Of a stretch of 49,982 nucleotides of DNA, positions 20,701 to 29,954 are shown one piece after another. This stretch comes from Alphaproteobacteria bacterium (GTDB lineage Bacteria; Pseudomonadota; Alphaproteobacteria; UBA6615). The stretch's first letter is position 1, and each line of letters opens with the position of its first letter. The position numbers and the translations under genes are program-made. The stretch covers positions 1-49,982 of the forward strand of contig JABDJY010000487.1 in NCBI GenBank assembly GCA_013003285.1, written 5' to 3'. The notes under the pieces were generated by a model, which saw only the letters and a program-made list of their open reading frames with translations, was not told the origin of the DNA and ran no database searches.

Positions 20701-21199
20701 GCACCGCCTCGAGCAACTCGCTGGAATCGCGCTCATCCATCACCGCGAAATGGGGCACCACCTCGGCTTCGATGGGGAAGCGCCGCAACACCGATTGGCA
20801 GAAGGCATGGATGGTCATGATCTTCATGCCGTCGGGCACGTCGAGCACCTGGGCGAACAGCCGGCGCGCCCGGCGGAACTGTGCGCCATCGACCGGTTTG
20901 CGGGTGAGCGATTCCAATTTCTCGGTAAGTTCGTGCTCGTCGGCGATGGCCCAATTGCCTAACTCGGCGTTGATCCTCTGGGCCATTTCCGCCGCCGCCG
21001 CTTTGGTGAAGGTTAGGCAGAGGATGCGTTGGGGCGCCACCCCGGCCAGCAACAGGCTTAACACCCGGTCGGTCAGCACCTTTGTCTTGCCCGACCCTGC
21101 CGAGGCCGCCACCCAGGCACTGGCGCGCGGGTTCGCCGCCCGGCGCTGATTGACTTCCGTCAGCTGGTAAAGCTGCTCGGGGACCGCGGCGATGCTCAT
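17705..21199 (-). CDS. addA: double-strand break repair helicase-nuclease AddA (alphaproteobacterial type)
   Basis: UvrD-type helicase motifs (ASAGSGKTKVLT, ILIDEAQDT, VMTVHGAKGLQAP). C-terminal PD-(D/E)xK nuclease (GQIDRL..VVDYKT). Start at ATG 21199 overlaps the addB stop (ATGA). Confidence 0.9.
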   Translation of the reverse strand: MSIAAVPEQLYQLTEVNQRRAANPRASAWVAASAGSGKTKVLTDRVLSLLLAGVAPQRILCLTFTKAAAAEMAQRINAELGNWAIADEHELTEKLESLTRKPVDGAQFRRARRLFAQVLDVPDGMKIMTIHAFCQSVLRRFPIEAEVVPHFAVMDERDSSELLEAVQLELMVRAQVDDSPLAAAVADITSRIHETRFPELMAELTAARGRIADLIARHGSVEALVTAIYTTLDLDPNDTPEVIISAACDAGAFDDAGLRRATTALSQGSAADQKRADAIGLWLAEPEGRGPYFETYSAIFLTRTGEVRKSLITKPALARDPEAGDFLATEAARILTIKERLRSANVAQATSVLVRIADALIESYTRHKSARALLDYDDLIIRTRQLLEAEGRAAWVLFKLDGGVDHILIDEAQDTNPDQWRVVAALADEFYAGMGVREEALEGAQLPTRSVFAVGDVKQSIYSFQGAQPAAFEGMRRYFQNRANDAEPGWEDVRLDVSFRSTGPVLQAVDAVFAHMPARSGVVEDGDTLQHLPIRAGAGGCVELWPPLTPIGPPEPEPWKPPVDRVSAPGARERLAGLVARRIAAWIHEGEILESRGRPIEASDIMILVRRRGPFVEALVRALKDLDVAVAGVDRMVLNEQLAVMDLLALGEFLLLPEDDLTLATVLKGPLLGLNDDDLFQLAHQRDGSLWYALRQRAGGEERFERAYDYLSHLLGEVDFLRPYELYAQLLNRGGRASILARLGPDAADPLDEFLSLALTYERTNTPSLQGFLHWMATGRAEVKRDLEQAGGAVRVMTVHGAKGLQAPIVILPDTMQVPVASPQLLWPETGDIMLWAPRAEDRDGAATQARDRARTLQAEEYRRLLYVAMTRAGDRLYICGWETARGAPDDCWYRMVEDALEGVARSLESPFLAADPETIEPTVLRLESSQQDAPETGATVQQRADPPPLPAWALEPAPPEPTPSRPLAPSRAEQDPPVRSPVDDADDLNRFKRGTIIHYLMQWLPELPPEHRAAAARHHLARATLELSQEAQAQLAAETLAVLEEPAFADLFWPASLAEVPLSGVTNGAEGQARVVSGQIDRLLIADGTVTVVDYKTNRPPPETPDAVQPVYLRQLAAYRALLADAYPGFEIKCCLLWTDGPRLMELPNALLDQHSSALPTPV

Positions 21200-24100
21200 G
21201 GATCGTCTCCGCCATCGGCGCCCGGTGCCGACCATTCCTTGACCCGAGCCAGATGTTCATAGTCGGAATAGCGCGGAGCCCAGTTGGCGCGGGGCCGGCT
21301 TTCATAGGCGGTTGTGGGGTCGTCGAAGGTTTCGATCAGATGGGCCAAACCGGCCTGTGCCTGCTGCGCCAATTCGTCGGGGGCATCGCCGCCAACCGAC
21401 GACACCGCGCCGACGATACGACCGCCGCTCAACCGCCAATATTCCAGGTCGCCGACGGTCCCCGGCGCTATATTTTCAAACCCGCCGGCCAGCGCCATCG
21501 CGGCTTCCAGCGGTAGTTGCGGCGCGAACCCGGCAACGACTTCGGCGGCGCCCGGCACCGCGCCGGTCTTGAAGTCGATGATTGCCAGCCTGCCGTCGGT
21601 CAACCGGTCGACCCGGTCGGCGCGGGCGACAAGTTCGAAGGGCCCCTGCGGGCCGCTCAACGCCAGGCTTCCCCGCACTTCGGTATGGGTTTTCGCGACG
21701 GTGGCGCGGCGCGCGGTTTCGGTTTTGATAAACCAGGTGGCGATGCGCTGAAAGCGCGGCCACCAGAAGGTCCATACCGCCGGCAGCGTTCGGATCGGCG
21801 TGAGAATCTCTGCCCCGGTATCGATCAGCCGGTCGTACGCATCTTGCGGCAGCGGTCCCGTCGGGCATTGGTCGAGGAACCGGTCGAGCACGCCATGGAT
21901 GAGCGAACCATAGTCGGCGGCGTCCGGGGCTTGATCGATCGGCGCCAAGGCGCGCAATTTCAGAATATGACGGGCATAGATGGCGTAGGGATCGCGCATC
22001 CAGGTTTCGATCTCGGTGACCGACAGACGGCGTGGCCGGGCGGCGACCGGTGGCGTGGGCCGTGGTCGCGCGCGATCGGCGATGGCAGCTATGGGTTCGC
22101 CGTCGGGCGCGGCCAGCGCGAGACCGCGGTGCCAAGCCAGCCATTTCTTGCCGCGCGCGACGATCTCATCGGGGTCGAGGCCCAGCGGCCGGGCGGCGAA
22201 TTCCAGGCGGGTCAGCCAGCGCGCCGGCACGGTGGGCGATCCATCAACCCGGCGCGAGCGGGTTAGATAGATTTCGCCGGCGCCCAAGGCCTGGGTGAAG
22301 TCATGGGCGCTCAACCCGGTGCGGCGCTCGGGCTGCGGCAGGCCGAAATCGGCGCGCATGGGGCGGCTCATCCACGGGTCGGCGGCCAGCGCCGGCGGCC
22401 AGCTATCCTCGTTGAGACCGCCCAGAATCATTACATCGTAGCGCTGCAGCCGCGCCTCCAGCGGCCCCAGGATGGCGAGACGGGGATGGCTGCCATATCG
22501 CGGGCGCACCGTGCGTCCGGTAAACAGCGCTTCGAGCAACGCCGGATAGCGCGCCGCCGATACCGGGCCCAGAATTTGGCCGGCATCGACCAGCTCGGTG
22601 ACGAAGGCGGCGAGGCTTTCCCCGGCATCGCCCGCCCACAGGCGCTCGGCGCCCGGTAGATCATCGCTTGCCGCCAGGGCTTCGGCGAAGCGGGCATGCG
22701 CCTCGACAATTTCGCTCAGGGGCCGCGATGGGCCGGCCAGCATGTCGGCGAAAGGCTGCGCGCTGACCATCAGGGCATCGAGCATGTCGGCGGCGGCGGT
22801 CAGTTCGGGGTTGTCGTCCTCGCTGGCATCGGCAGCGCGGCGGGTGGCGGCGGCCAGGGCGGCGAGGCCGGGTGCCTGGCGGGGTCCCCGCAGCACGGCG
22901 ATCTCCAACGCCCGCACCAGGCCCCGAAAGGTCCCCGGCGCGAACCCGCCTGCCGCCAGCGGATGTTTTAGGGCCGACAATAGGGGAAATGGCGCGGCGT
23001 CTTGTCCAATCAGGTCGACGATCAGGCGAAAGAACACCCCCGGGGGTGTTTCCGCCAGGGGCACACCGCCGCTATCGTCGACGACTATATTCCAGCGGGC
23101 CAAGGCACCGGCGACGCGGCGCGCCAGGTCCCGGTCGGGGGTTACCAGAGCCGCCGTGCGGCCATGGTCGCGGTCGGTCAAGGTGTCGCGCATGATGAGC
23201 GCGATAACACCGGCCTCTTCATCGGCGCCGGCGCAATCGATACGGGTGGCGCCATCTAACGCCGCCGGCTCGACGGCGCCGATATCGGCCCAGCTATCGG
23301 TCGCCGGCGCCGGCCGCAGCGCCGCGCTGATCAGTTTGGCGCGGGCGCGCTGGCGGTCGTCGGCTGGCGGTACCCCAGGCCAGTCACCGACATCGTCGCG
23401 TGACACGCCGAGACGGGTCAGCAGGTGGCGCAGGCCGAATTGCGGGTGGGAGGGCTCAATCTGATCCCACACTTCAGGGTCCAGCTCGCGATCCAGCCCC
23501 GGCAATACCACGGCGCCGGTGGGCAGGCGGGCGACGACCGCCAGCAGATCTGCCGTCGCCGGAATACTGCCGGTGCTGCCCGCGGCGATCACCGGGGTCG
23601 GTGGTGGGGTGCGTTGCCAATTCTCCGCCCGCGCGGCCAGCAATAGATTACGCCGTTCGGCGGAATCGATGACCCCCTCTGCGGCCAAACGTTCGGGCCA
23701 GGCGCCGGTCAATACGCCGAGAAACTGTAAGGTGAGCTGCCAGTGGACGGCGTAGTCTTCCGGCACCAGCCCGGCGAGCGCGTCGAAGTCGAGACGTTCG
23801 GTCTGTACCTGATCGAGCAGGTTCGACAGTTCCGCGGCGAGGCGCACCGCCTGGTCGATCGGCAATTGACCGTCGCCCTGCCTCTCTTCGCCGGTTTGTG
23901 CCGCGCTCTCTTGAACCAGACGCGCGAGCAGGAGCCGCCGGCGCATATCGCCGATCGCCGGCGGAATCTCACGCTCTGTCTCCGGCGTTTGCATGGCCAT
24001 CAGGTCGAACTGCAGCGCATCCTCATCAACATCGCCGATCGGCACCATGCGCGGCAGCAGCAGCGCACGGCCGGCGCTATGGCGCAGAAACGCATCTTGT

Positions 24101-24273
24101 AATGCTCGGCAGGCGCGCCGCGTCGGCAGCAGAACCAGAACCCGCGCCAGGGCCAGCGGATCATCGGCGTCGGCGTGATCCGCCGCGATTCCCGCCGCGA
24201 GCGCATCGACAAAGGGCATATGGGACGGGATGGTGAAGACCGATGCGTCCCCCATGGCGCGATCAGAGGGCAT
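21196..24273 (-). CDS. addB: double-strand break repair protein AddB (alphaproteobacterial type)
   Basis: About 1025 aa, immediately upstream of and coupled to addA. C-terminal nuclease-like ..RADRVD..IIDFKTG.. Start at ATG 24273 has GGAGG 6 nt upstream and overlaps the tsaE end by 11 nt. Confidence 0.85.
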   Translation of the reverse strand: MPSDRAMGDASVFTIPSHMPFVDALAAGIAADHADADDPLALARVLVLLPTRRACRALQDAFLRHSAGRALLLPRMVPIGDVDEDALQFDLMAMQTPETEREIPPAIGDMRRRLLLARLVQESAAQTGEERQGDGQLPIDQAVRLAAELSNLLDQVQTERLDFDALAGLVPEDYAVHWQLTLQFLGVLTGAWPERLAAEGVIDSAERRNLLLAARAENWQRTPPPTPVIAAGSTGSIPATADLLAVVARLPTGAVVLPGLDRELDPEVWDQIEPSHPQFGLRHLLTRLGVSRDDVGDWPGVPPADDRQRARAKLISAALRPAPATDSWADIGAVEPAALDGATRIDCAGADEEAGVIALIMRDTLTDRDHGRTAALVTPDRDLARRVAGALARWNIVVDDSGGVPLAETPPGVFFRLIVDLIGQDAAPFPLLSALKHPLAAGGFAPGTFRGLVRALEIAVLRGPRQAPGLAALAAATRRAADASEDDNPELTAAADMLDALMVSAQPFADMLAGPSRPLSEIVEAHARFAEALAASDDLPGAERLWAGDAGESLAAFVTELVDAGQILGPVSAARYPALLEALFTGRTVRPRYGSHPRLAILGPLEARLQRYDVMILGGLNEDSWPPALAADPWMSRPMRADFGLPQPERRTGLSAHDFTQALGAGEIYLTRSRRVDGSPTVPARWLTRLEFAARPLGLDPDEIVARGKKWLAWHRGLALAAPDGEPIAAIADRARPRPTPPVAARPRRLSVTEIETWMRDPYAIYARHILKLRALAPIDQAPDAADYGSLIHGVLDRFLDQCPTGPLPQDAYDRLIDTGAEILTPIRTLPAVWTFWWPRFQRIATWFIKTETARRATVAKTHTEVRGSLALSGPQGPFELVARADRVDRLTDGRLAIIDFKTGAVPGAAEVVAGFAPQLPLEAAMALAGGFENIAPGTVGDLEYWRLSGGRIVGAVSSVGGDAPDELAQQAQAGLAHLIETFDDPTTAYESRPRANWAPRYSDYEHLARVKEWSAPGADGGDDP

Positions 24274-24757
24274 GGCTCGCCTCCGCCAGCCGGTGTCCCC
24301 AATCGCCATATGCGAGCAGCTCGGCGCGCCTTCCGTCGTCGTCATTGTCGGCATAGGATAAATGGATCTCGAGGCGGTTCGCCGGCAATTGTGCCCCCAT
24401 GCGTTCCGGCCATTCGATCAGCGAAATCCCTTCGGCCAGCGCCTCGTCGAGGCCAAGTTCGATAATTTCGTCGGGATCGTCGATACGGTAGAGGTCGAAA
24501 TGCCAAACCGGCACCGTTGACAGATCGTAGCTCTGCACCAATGTAAATGTCGGGCTCGGCACTTCGCCCCTATGGCCCAGCTTGCTGATGAGAGCGCGGG
24601 CGAGCGTGGTCTTCCCGGCGCCCAATTCGCCGTATAGCGCAACAACATCGCCGGTGCGCAGCATGTCGGCGATGGCCGCCCCCAGCTTTTCCGTGGCGGC
24701 TATATCGGGCAGGTCGCGGGAGAGTGGCGCCGGCGCCGTACCGGTCGGCGGCGTCAT
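24263..24757 (-). CDS. tsaE: tRNA t6A37 biosynthesis ATPase TsaE (YjeE)
   Basis: P-loop GELGAGKTTLARA, SPTFTLV, HFDLYR. Start at ATG 24757 overlaps the divL stop (ATGA). Confidence 0.9.
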   Translation of the reverse strand: MTPPTGTAPAPLSRDLPDIAATEKLGAAIADMLRTGDVVALYGELGAGKTTLARALISKLGHRGEVPSPTFTLVQSYDLSTVPVWHFDLYRIDDPDEIIELGLDEALAEGISLIEWPERMGAQLPANRLEIHLSYADNDDDGRRAELLAYGDWGHRLAEASHAL

Positions 24758-27090
24758 TCCGCGGTTGCCGCGGCGGCAATCGGCTGCGGTGCTTCGGGCG
24801 GCACGCGGCAATAGACCGAGGTCCCTGCCTCTGGCGACGATTCCAACCGCACGTCGCCGCCATGGAGTTCGACCAGGCTTTTAACCAGGCTTAGCCCGAG
24901 CCCGGCGCCGGTCCCGCTTTGCGGCCCCGTTGCCCCGCTGCCCCGCTCGAACTTTTCGAACACTCGGTCTTGTTCGGTTTCGGGGATGCCGACGCCGGTG
25001 TCGCTTACATAAAGCACCACATCCGTGTCGTTGCGTCGCGCCCCCAGGGTGATGGTGCCGCCTGGCGGGGTAAATTTGATGGCGTTGCTGACCAGGTTGA
25101 AGAGCACCTGCTTCAAGCGGCGCTGGTCGGCATCGACCGGGCCGAAATCCTTCGGGCAATCGATCACCAACTTCAGTTCGGCGCGCCGGGCCCTCTCGCG
25201 ATGGAGCGTCGCCACGCTGGCGATCATCGCGCGGCCATCGAATGGCGCGCGCTCGAGTTCCAGGTAGCCCGCTTCGATTGTCGCCAAATCAAGCAGATCG
25301 TCGATCAATTCGAGCAGCGAGCCACTGGCCTGCAGAATATCGCCCATATAGCCGGCTTGGCGATCATTGAGGGGGCCGAACATCTCACCCTGCAGCATCT
25401 CGGAGAAGCCGATTATGGAGTTGAGCGGGGTGCGTAATTCGTAGGAAATATTGGCCACGAACTCCGATTTCAGACTGTCGGCATGTTCCAACGCCTCGGC
25501 GCGTTCGCGCAGCGCCTGTTCCACCCGGTCGCGGTCGCTGACATCCAAATAGGTCATCAGCTTCATGCCGTCGGGTAGCGGCACGCCAGTATATTCCAGC
25601 ACCGTGCCGTCGGTGCGGTTGCGGGTGCCGCTGACCGGTTCGCGCGACATCATTTGGCCGACGATTTCTGCCCGCTGGGCGTCCCAGTCGGCCTCCTCTT
25701 CATAGAAATGGCGGCTCTTCTCGATCAATTCGCGCATCTGCGGCTCGCCATTGAGCTCGGATTCGGAGAACTGCCATAGTCGGCGATAGGCCGAGTTGCA
25801 CAGCTTGAGCCGTCCGTCGGCGCCAACCAACGCAACGCCTTCGTAGAGATTATCCAGCGTATGCCGTTGGACTTCGATCAGCGTGTTGTACTGGGCCTCC
25901 AGCGACAGGCGGTCGGTGACGTCCTCATAGGTGAACATCAAGCCGCCGAACGGATGGGGCGAGATACGCTTGAACAGGGTCTTGCCATCGGGCAGATGGA
26001 TCAGCGTCTCGGTCGGCGTGATCAGCGACGTGAACAGTTTGATCTGCTCCGCCTTGAAGGCGCGAAAATCGACTTCCTCGGTTACCATTCGCCGTTCGCG
26101 CAGAACTTCTAACTCTTCGCCCACTGTCGGTTCGGTATCGAGCCAGGCAGTGTCGGCGTCCCACAACCGGGCATAGGCGGTGTTGTAGAATTTCAGCCGT
26201 GTGTCGGGACCGTAGATGGCGATCGCGGCGGCGACGTTTTCCAACGTGTCGCTATGGGCCGCGATGTGGTTGGCGAGCTCTTCCTGAATTTCTTCCAGTT
26301 GCGTGTAATCGGCGGCATAGCCGACGATCCCCATACTGTCGCTCGGCTTCTCGTTGAATTCCATCAGCCGCCGCTCGCCGTTGATGACGATGTATCGGCT
26401 TTCCGATTGCGGCACGCCCGTCGCTTGGGCGAGGCCGGCCAGCTGGTTCTCCAATCCGCTTTCGATCTCGGCGAGCTCGGCCTGCGGTCCATCTGCGTCG
26501 GACTGTGCGGCCTGCGTATAGGCGCGGTTGGCGTGGGCCAGGCTCAAATTCTTACTGCGTCGCCACACCGGGAAGGGTAGGGCGTCGAGCATGGCGCGCA
26601 GGCCATCGCGCTCGACTTCGGCGGCGGTCAACTGAATGGTGGTATCCGATTGGGTCGCCGTTTCGCTGGTCACATCGTTGACCCACAATAGGTCGATCGG
26701 CGATGTGCGGGCGCGGCGACCGTTCAGTTGTAGCGCCCGACCGGCGTCAATGCTCAGTAAGGTGATCGAAAACTCTTCACCGCGTTGGCGTAAACCATCG
26801 ACCCGTTTGGTCAGGGACGCCCGGTCGCTTTCGGAGAAGATCTCGCACAGACCGGCAAAACCCGAATCGGGCTCGATCCCCAGCATCGCCGCCGAGCCGG
26901 CGGACATGGGCTCTTCCTTGCCGGCCGACCATGAAATATAGGCGCCGGGAATGCTGGCTAAGGTCGCGGTCAGCCGCGCGTGCACCGCCGCGGCAGAGCG
27001 GCCGGCCATGAGCTGTCGCCACAGGATAATTGCGGCGACAAGCCATCCCGCGATAACGGCGAGTAGCAGGACTGTGTCCAGAATCGTCAC
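24754..27090 (-). CDS. divL: DivL-type PAS-domain pseudo-histidine kinase (Tyr in place of the phospho-accepting His)
   Basis: 778 aa with one N-terminal TM helix and several PAS-like segments. The H-box reads FVANISYELRTPLNSIIGFSE (codon TAC at 25441-25443, residue 550). The HATPase_c region (N, G1 DTGVGI, G2 GAGLGL) is intact. Confidence 0.8.
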   Translation of the reverse strand: MTILDTVLLLAVIAGWLVAAIILWRQLMAGRSAAAVHARLTATLASIPGAYISWSAGKEEPMSAGSAAMLGIEPDSGFAGLCEIFSESDRASLTKRVDGLRQRGEEFSITLLSIDAGRALQLNGRRARTSPIDLLWVNDVTSETATQSDTTIQLTAAEVERDGLRAMLDALPFPVWRRSKNLSLAHANRAYTQAAQSDADGPQAELAEIESGLENQLAGLAQATGVPQSESRYIVINGERRLMEFNEKPSDSMGIVGYAADYTQLEEIQEELANHIAAHSDTLENVAAAIAIYGPDTRLKFYNTAYARLWDADTAWLDTEPTVGEELEVLRERRMVTEEVDFRAFKAEQIKLFTSLITPTETLIHLPDGKTLFKRISPHPFGGLMFTYEDVTDRLSLEAQYNTLIEVQRHTLDNLYEGVALVGADGRLKLCNSAYRRLWQFSESELNGEPQMRELIEKSRHFYEEEADWDAQRAEIVGQMMSREPVSGTRNRTDGTVLEYTGVPLPDGMKLMTYLDVSDRDRVEQALRERAEALEHADSLKSEFVANISYELRTPLNSIIGFSEMLQGEMFGPLNDRQAGYMGDILQASGSLLELIDDLLDLATIEAGYLELERAPFDGRAMIASVATLHRERARRAELKLVIDCPKDFGPVDADQRRLKQVLFNLVSNAIKFTPPGGTITLGARRNDTDVVLYVSDTGVGIPETEQDRVFEKFERGSGATGPQSGTGAGLGLSLVKSLVELHGGDVRLESSPEAGTSVYCRVPPEAPQPIAAAATAE

Positions 27091-27201
27091 GATCAGAGAC
27101 TTTAACCCAGTTTCAGGCCGAACCGCCGAGTCAAACGACTCGGAAGCACGACAAGAAAAAGTCTAGGCAGGCGTCACCGGCGTCGCAAGCGCTCTCGCGG
27201 C

Positions 27202-28515
27202 TTAATAGCGATAAGTATCGGGCTTGAACGGCCCGGTGCCGGGGACGCCGATATATTCGGCCTGGGCCGGCGTCAGCTGGGTCAATTTCGCGCCGACCTT
27301 TTTCAGATGCAGCATCGCGACTTTCTCGTCGAGATGTTTCGGCAACACATAGACCTGGTTTTCATAGGCGTCGGCGTTGTTCCACAGCTCGATCTGCGCC
27401 AGCACCTGGTTGGTGAAGGACGCGCTCATGACAAAGCTGGGATGACCGGTCGCACAACCCAAATTGACCAGCCGGCCCTCGGCCAGCAAGATCATGCGTT
27501 TGCCGTCGGGAAACTCGATCTCGTCGACCTGCGGTTTGACGTTGTGCCAGGGGTAGTTGCGCAGAGCCTCGACTTGGATTTCGGTGTCGAAATGGCCGAT
27601 ATTGCAGACGATCGCCCGGTCTTTCATATCGCGCATATGGTCGATGGTGATGACATCAACATTCCCGGTTGTGGTGACGAAGATGTCGGCGTGGGAGGCC
27701 ATGTCATCGATGGTGACCACCTCATAGCCTTCCATGGCTGCCTGCAGGGCGCAGATCGGGTCAACTTCCGTGACCATGACCCGGCAACCGGCGTTGCGCA
27801 AACTGGCCGCTGAGCCCTTGCCGACATCGCCGAAACCGCAGACCAGCGCCACTTTGCCGGCCATCATAACGTCGGTGGCCCGGCGGATGCCGTCGACCAG
27901 GCTTTCGCGGCAGCCGTAAAGATTGTCGAATTTGGACTTCGTCACGCTGTCGTTGACGTTAAACGCGGGTACCTTCAGGGATCCTTCCCGCGCCATTTCG
28001 ATCAGCCGGTGCACGCCTGTGGTGGTTTCCTCGCTCAAACCGCGCACGTCGGCCAGCAATTCGGGATACTTCTCATGCATGACGGCGGTCAAATCGCCAC
28101 CATCGTCGAGGATCATGTTCGGCCGCCAGCCGTTCGGACCCTCGATCGTCTGGTCGATGCACCACCAGAATTCTTCGTCGGTCTCGCCTTTCCAGGCAAA
28201 AACCGGCACGCCAACAGCGGCTACGGCCGCCGCCGCTTGGTCTTGCGTGGAAAAGATATTGCACGACGACCAGCGGACTTCGGCGCCCAGCTCGATCAAG
28301 GTTTCGATGAGCACGGCGGTTTGGATCGTCATATGCAGGCAACCGGCGATGCGTGTGCCGGCCAGTGGCTTTGACTCGCCATATTCCTCGCGCAGGGCCA
28401 TCAGGCCCGGCATTTCGGTTTCTGCGATGGCGGTTTCCTTACGCCCCCACTCGGCGAGGGAAATATCGGCAACCTTGTAATCGCCACCCGTGGCGGCATC
28501 GGCAACAGCGGTCAT
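27202..28515 (-). CDS. ahcY: adenosylhomocysteinase
   Basis: [15 protein letters not shown].., [11 protein letters not shown] motif, C-terminal ..[10 protein letters not shown]. Trimmed to ATG 28515, which has AGGAG 7 nt upstream. Confidence 0.95.
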   Translation of the reverse strand: MTAVADAATGGDYKVADISLAEWGRKETAIAETEMPGLMALREEYGESKPLAGTRIAGCLHMTIQTAVLIETLIELGAEVRWSSCNIFSTQDQAAAAVAAVGVPVFAWKGETDEEFWWCIDQTIEGPNGWRPNMILDDGGDLTAVMHEKYPELLADVRGLSEETTTGVHRLIEMAREGSLKVPAFNVNDSVTKSKFDNLYGCRESLVDGIRRATDVMMAGKVALVCGFGDVGKGSAASLRNAGCRVMVTEVDPICALQAAMEGYEVVTIDDMASHADIFVTTTGNVDVITIDHMRDMKDRAIVCNIGHFDTEIQVEALRNYPWHNVKPQVDEIEFPDGKRMILLAEGRLVNLGCATGHPSFVMSASFTNQVLAQIELWNNADAYENQVYVLPKHLDEKVAMLHLKKVGAKLTQLTPAQAEYIGVPGTGPFKPDTYRY

Positions 28516-28787
28516 CCATGAACTCCTGAGACGGTTAGGTCGATTTATAGTGAAACGGTGGCTCGCCAGAACCCGTGCTGGCGTTGATGTATCGGCAATC
28601 ACGGCGTCTTACCAGACCGGCCGCGCAGCGACAACCATGGGATCGGTGAACACGTTTTCTTGTCACGATGGCGTCACGCGGAGGAACGGTTGTTGGCGGG
28701 GCGTAAATTTGATTAGTTATTTCGCCGGCGCTGCGAAACGGTCGGTTAAGCCTTGGGCGCGATGATCGGCAAGGTGTTAGAGGCCTT

Positions 28788-29924
28788 ATGTCGATAATCG
28801 GGAAATCCTACTGGTTGGGGACGACAGTTCTAGCGGGCGCGGTGGCAGCCGTCAGCCCGGTTGCAGCGAACCCTGCCGCCGTCGGCAAAGATTTAGCGGT
28901 TAAACTGAGCGGATTTGCCCAGGTCAATCTGGCCGTCGCGAACCAGGACGTCAGCGCCGGGTTCGGCCGGGGATATTGGGTAAAAGTCGATGGGGCGGCA
29001 ATTCAGTTCGATGCCTCGGCAACAGCCGATAATGGGCTGCATTATGGTCTGCGGTTGGATGTGCTGGCCTACGCCGACGCCAATACTAATGCCGATGAAG
29101 TCTTTGCGTTCCTCAACACCGCATGGGGCCGGGTCGAACTGGGTGACCAGGACGATGCCGGCGTGCGCATGCATGTGGAGGCCGACAATGTCATGGTCGG
29201 CCGGCGCGGCTTTAGCGGCGACGCACCGGAGATCTTCCAATTTGGCTCCGGCGGGGCGTTGTCCACGCCAATTCTCACGCAAACGGGTGACGCAAAGAAG
29301 ATTATATATTTCACGCCGCGTGTGGAGGGTCTGCAGCTGGGCGCTTCTTTCACGCCGGATAGCGGCGCCAACGGCGCGAGTTTTGCCGAGCGCGACAATG
29401 ATGGGGACTTCGAGAATGTCGTGAGTCTGGCGGCGAACTATACGACGAAGCTCGACGGGGTGACCTTGCTTGTCAGCGTGGCCGGGGAATTCGGTGATGA
29501 CGAAGCGGCCAACGGCGCTGAAACGCCAGGCGACCTGGAGACCCTAGCCGTCGGCGGCACCGCGAAATTCCAAGGTTTCTCTATCGGCGCCGGTTATGTC
29601 GATCTTGCCAACCGCGGCCTCACCCAAGCCGACATCGACGGCGGTGCGGATGGCGGCGCCCATTGGAGTGCCGCCGCGTCCTATCGTAAAGGTCCCTGGG
29701 GTGTCAGCCTGGGCTATTTCTCCAGTGCGAAAAGCCAAACGACCGGTCGGGGCGGCGACACGCGTGTCGATGTACTTTCGCTCGATGGGTCCTACAATGT
29801 TGCGCCGGGCTGGTCGACGGCCCTATCGGTCAACTTTGTCGAAGCCACCAATATCAATGGGACGGCCACGCAGGTCGATAATGACGGCTCGGTCGTCATT
29901 CTGAGCAATCTGTTCCGGTTTTAG
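28788..29924 (+). CDS. outer-membrane porin (Gram-negative general porin family)
   Basis: Signal peptide ..LAGAVAAVSPVAA, alternating beta-strand pattern rich in G/D/N/Y/F, C-terminal ..SNLFRF ending in Phe. Confidence 0.75.
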   Translation: MSIIGKSYWLGTTVLAGAVAAVSPVAANPAAVGKDLAVKLSGFAQVNLAVANQDVSAGFGRGYWVKVDGAAIQFDASATADNGLHYGLRLDVLAYADANTNADEVFAFLNTAWGRVELGDQDDAGVRMHVEADNVMVGRRGFSGDAPEIFQFGSGGALSTPILTQTGDAKKIIYFTPRVEGLQLGASFTPDSGANGASFAERDNDGDFENVVSLAANYTTKLDGVTLLVSVAGEFGDDEAANGAETPGDLETLAVGGTAKFQGFSIGAGYVDLANRGLTQADIDGGADGGAHWSAAASYRKGPWGVSLGYFSSAKSQTTGRGGDTRVDVLSLDGSYNVAPGWSTALSVNFVEATNINGTATQVDNDGSVVILSNLFRF

Positions 29925-29954
29925 GGCTGCGGATAATGGCGTGCGCCGGACCGA

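Noticed and set aside
28516-28720. Possible SAH or SAM/SAH riboswitch in the long leader upstream of ahcY. The leader contains CCAACAACCGUUCCUCC and a CGCCAG-N8-CUGGCG hairpin.
   Set aside because: I could not find the conserved SAH-element core as I remember it (GGAGCGC ... CAACGGCGCUC). The CAACAACC-like stretch lies more than 150 nt from the SD, which is incompatible with the SD-sequestering SAM/SAH pseudoknot. A covariance-model scan (Rfam RF01057, RF01727) would settle it.
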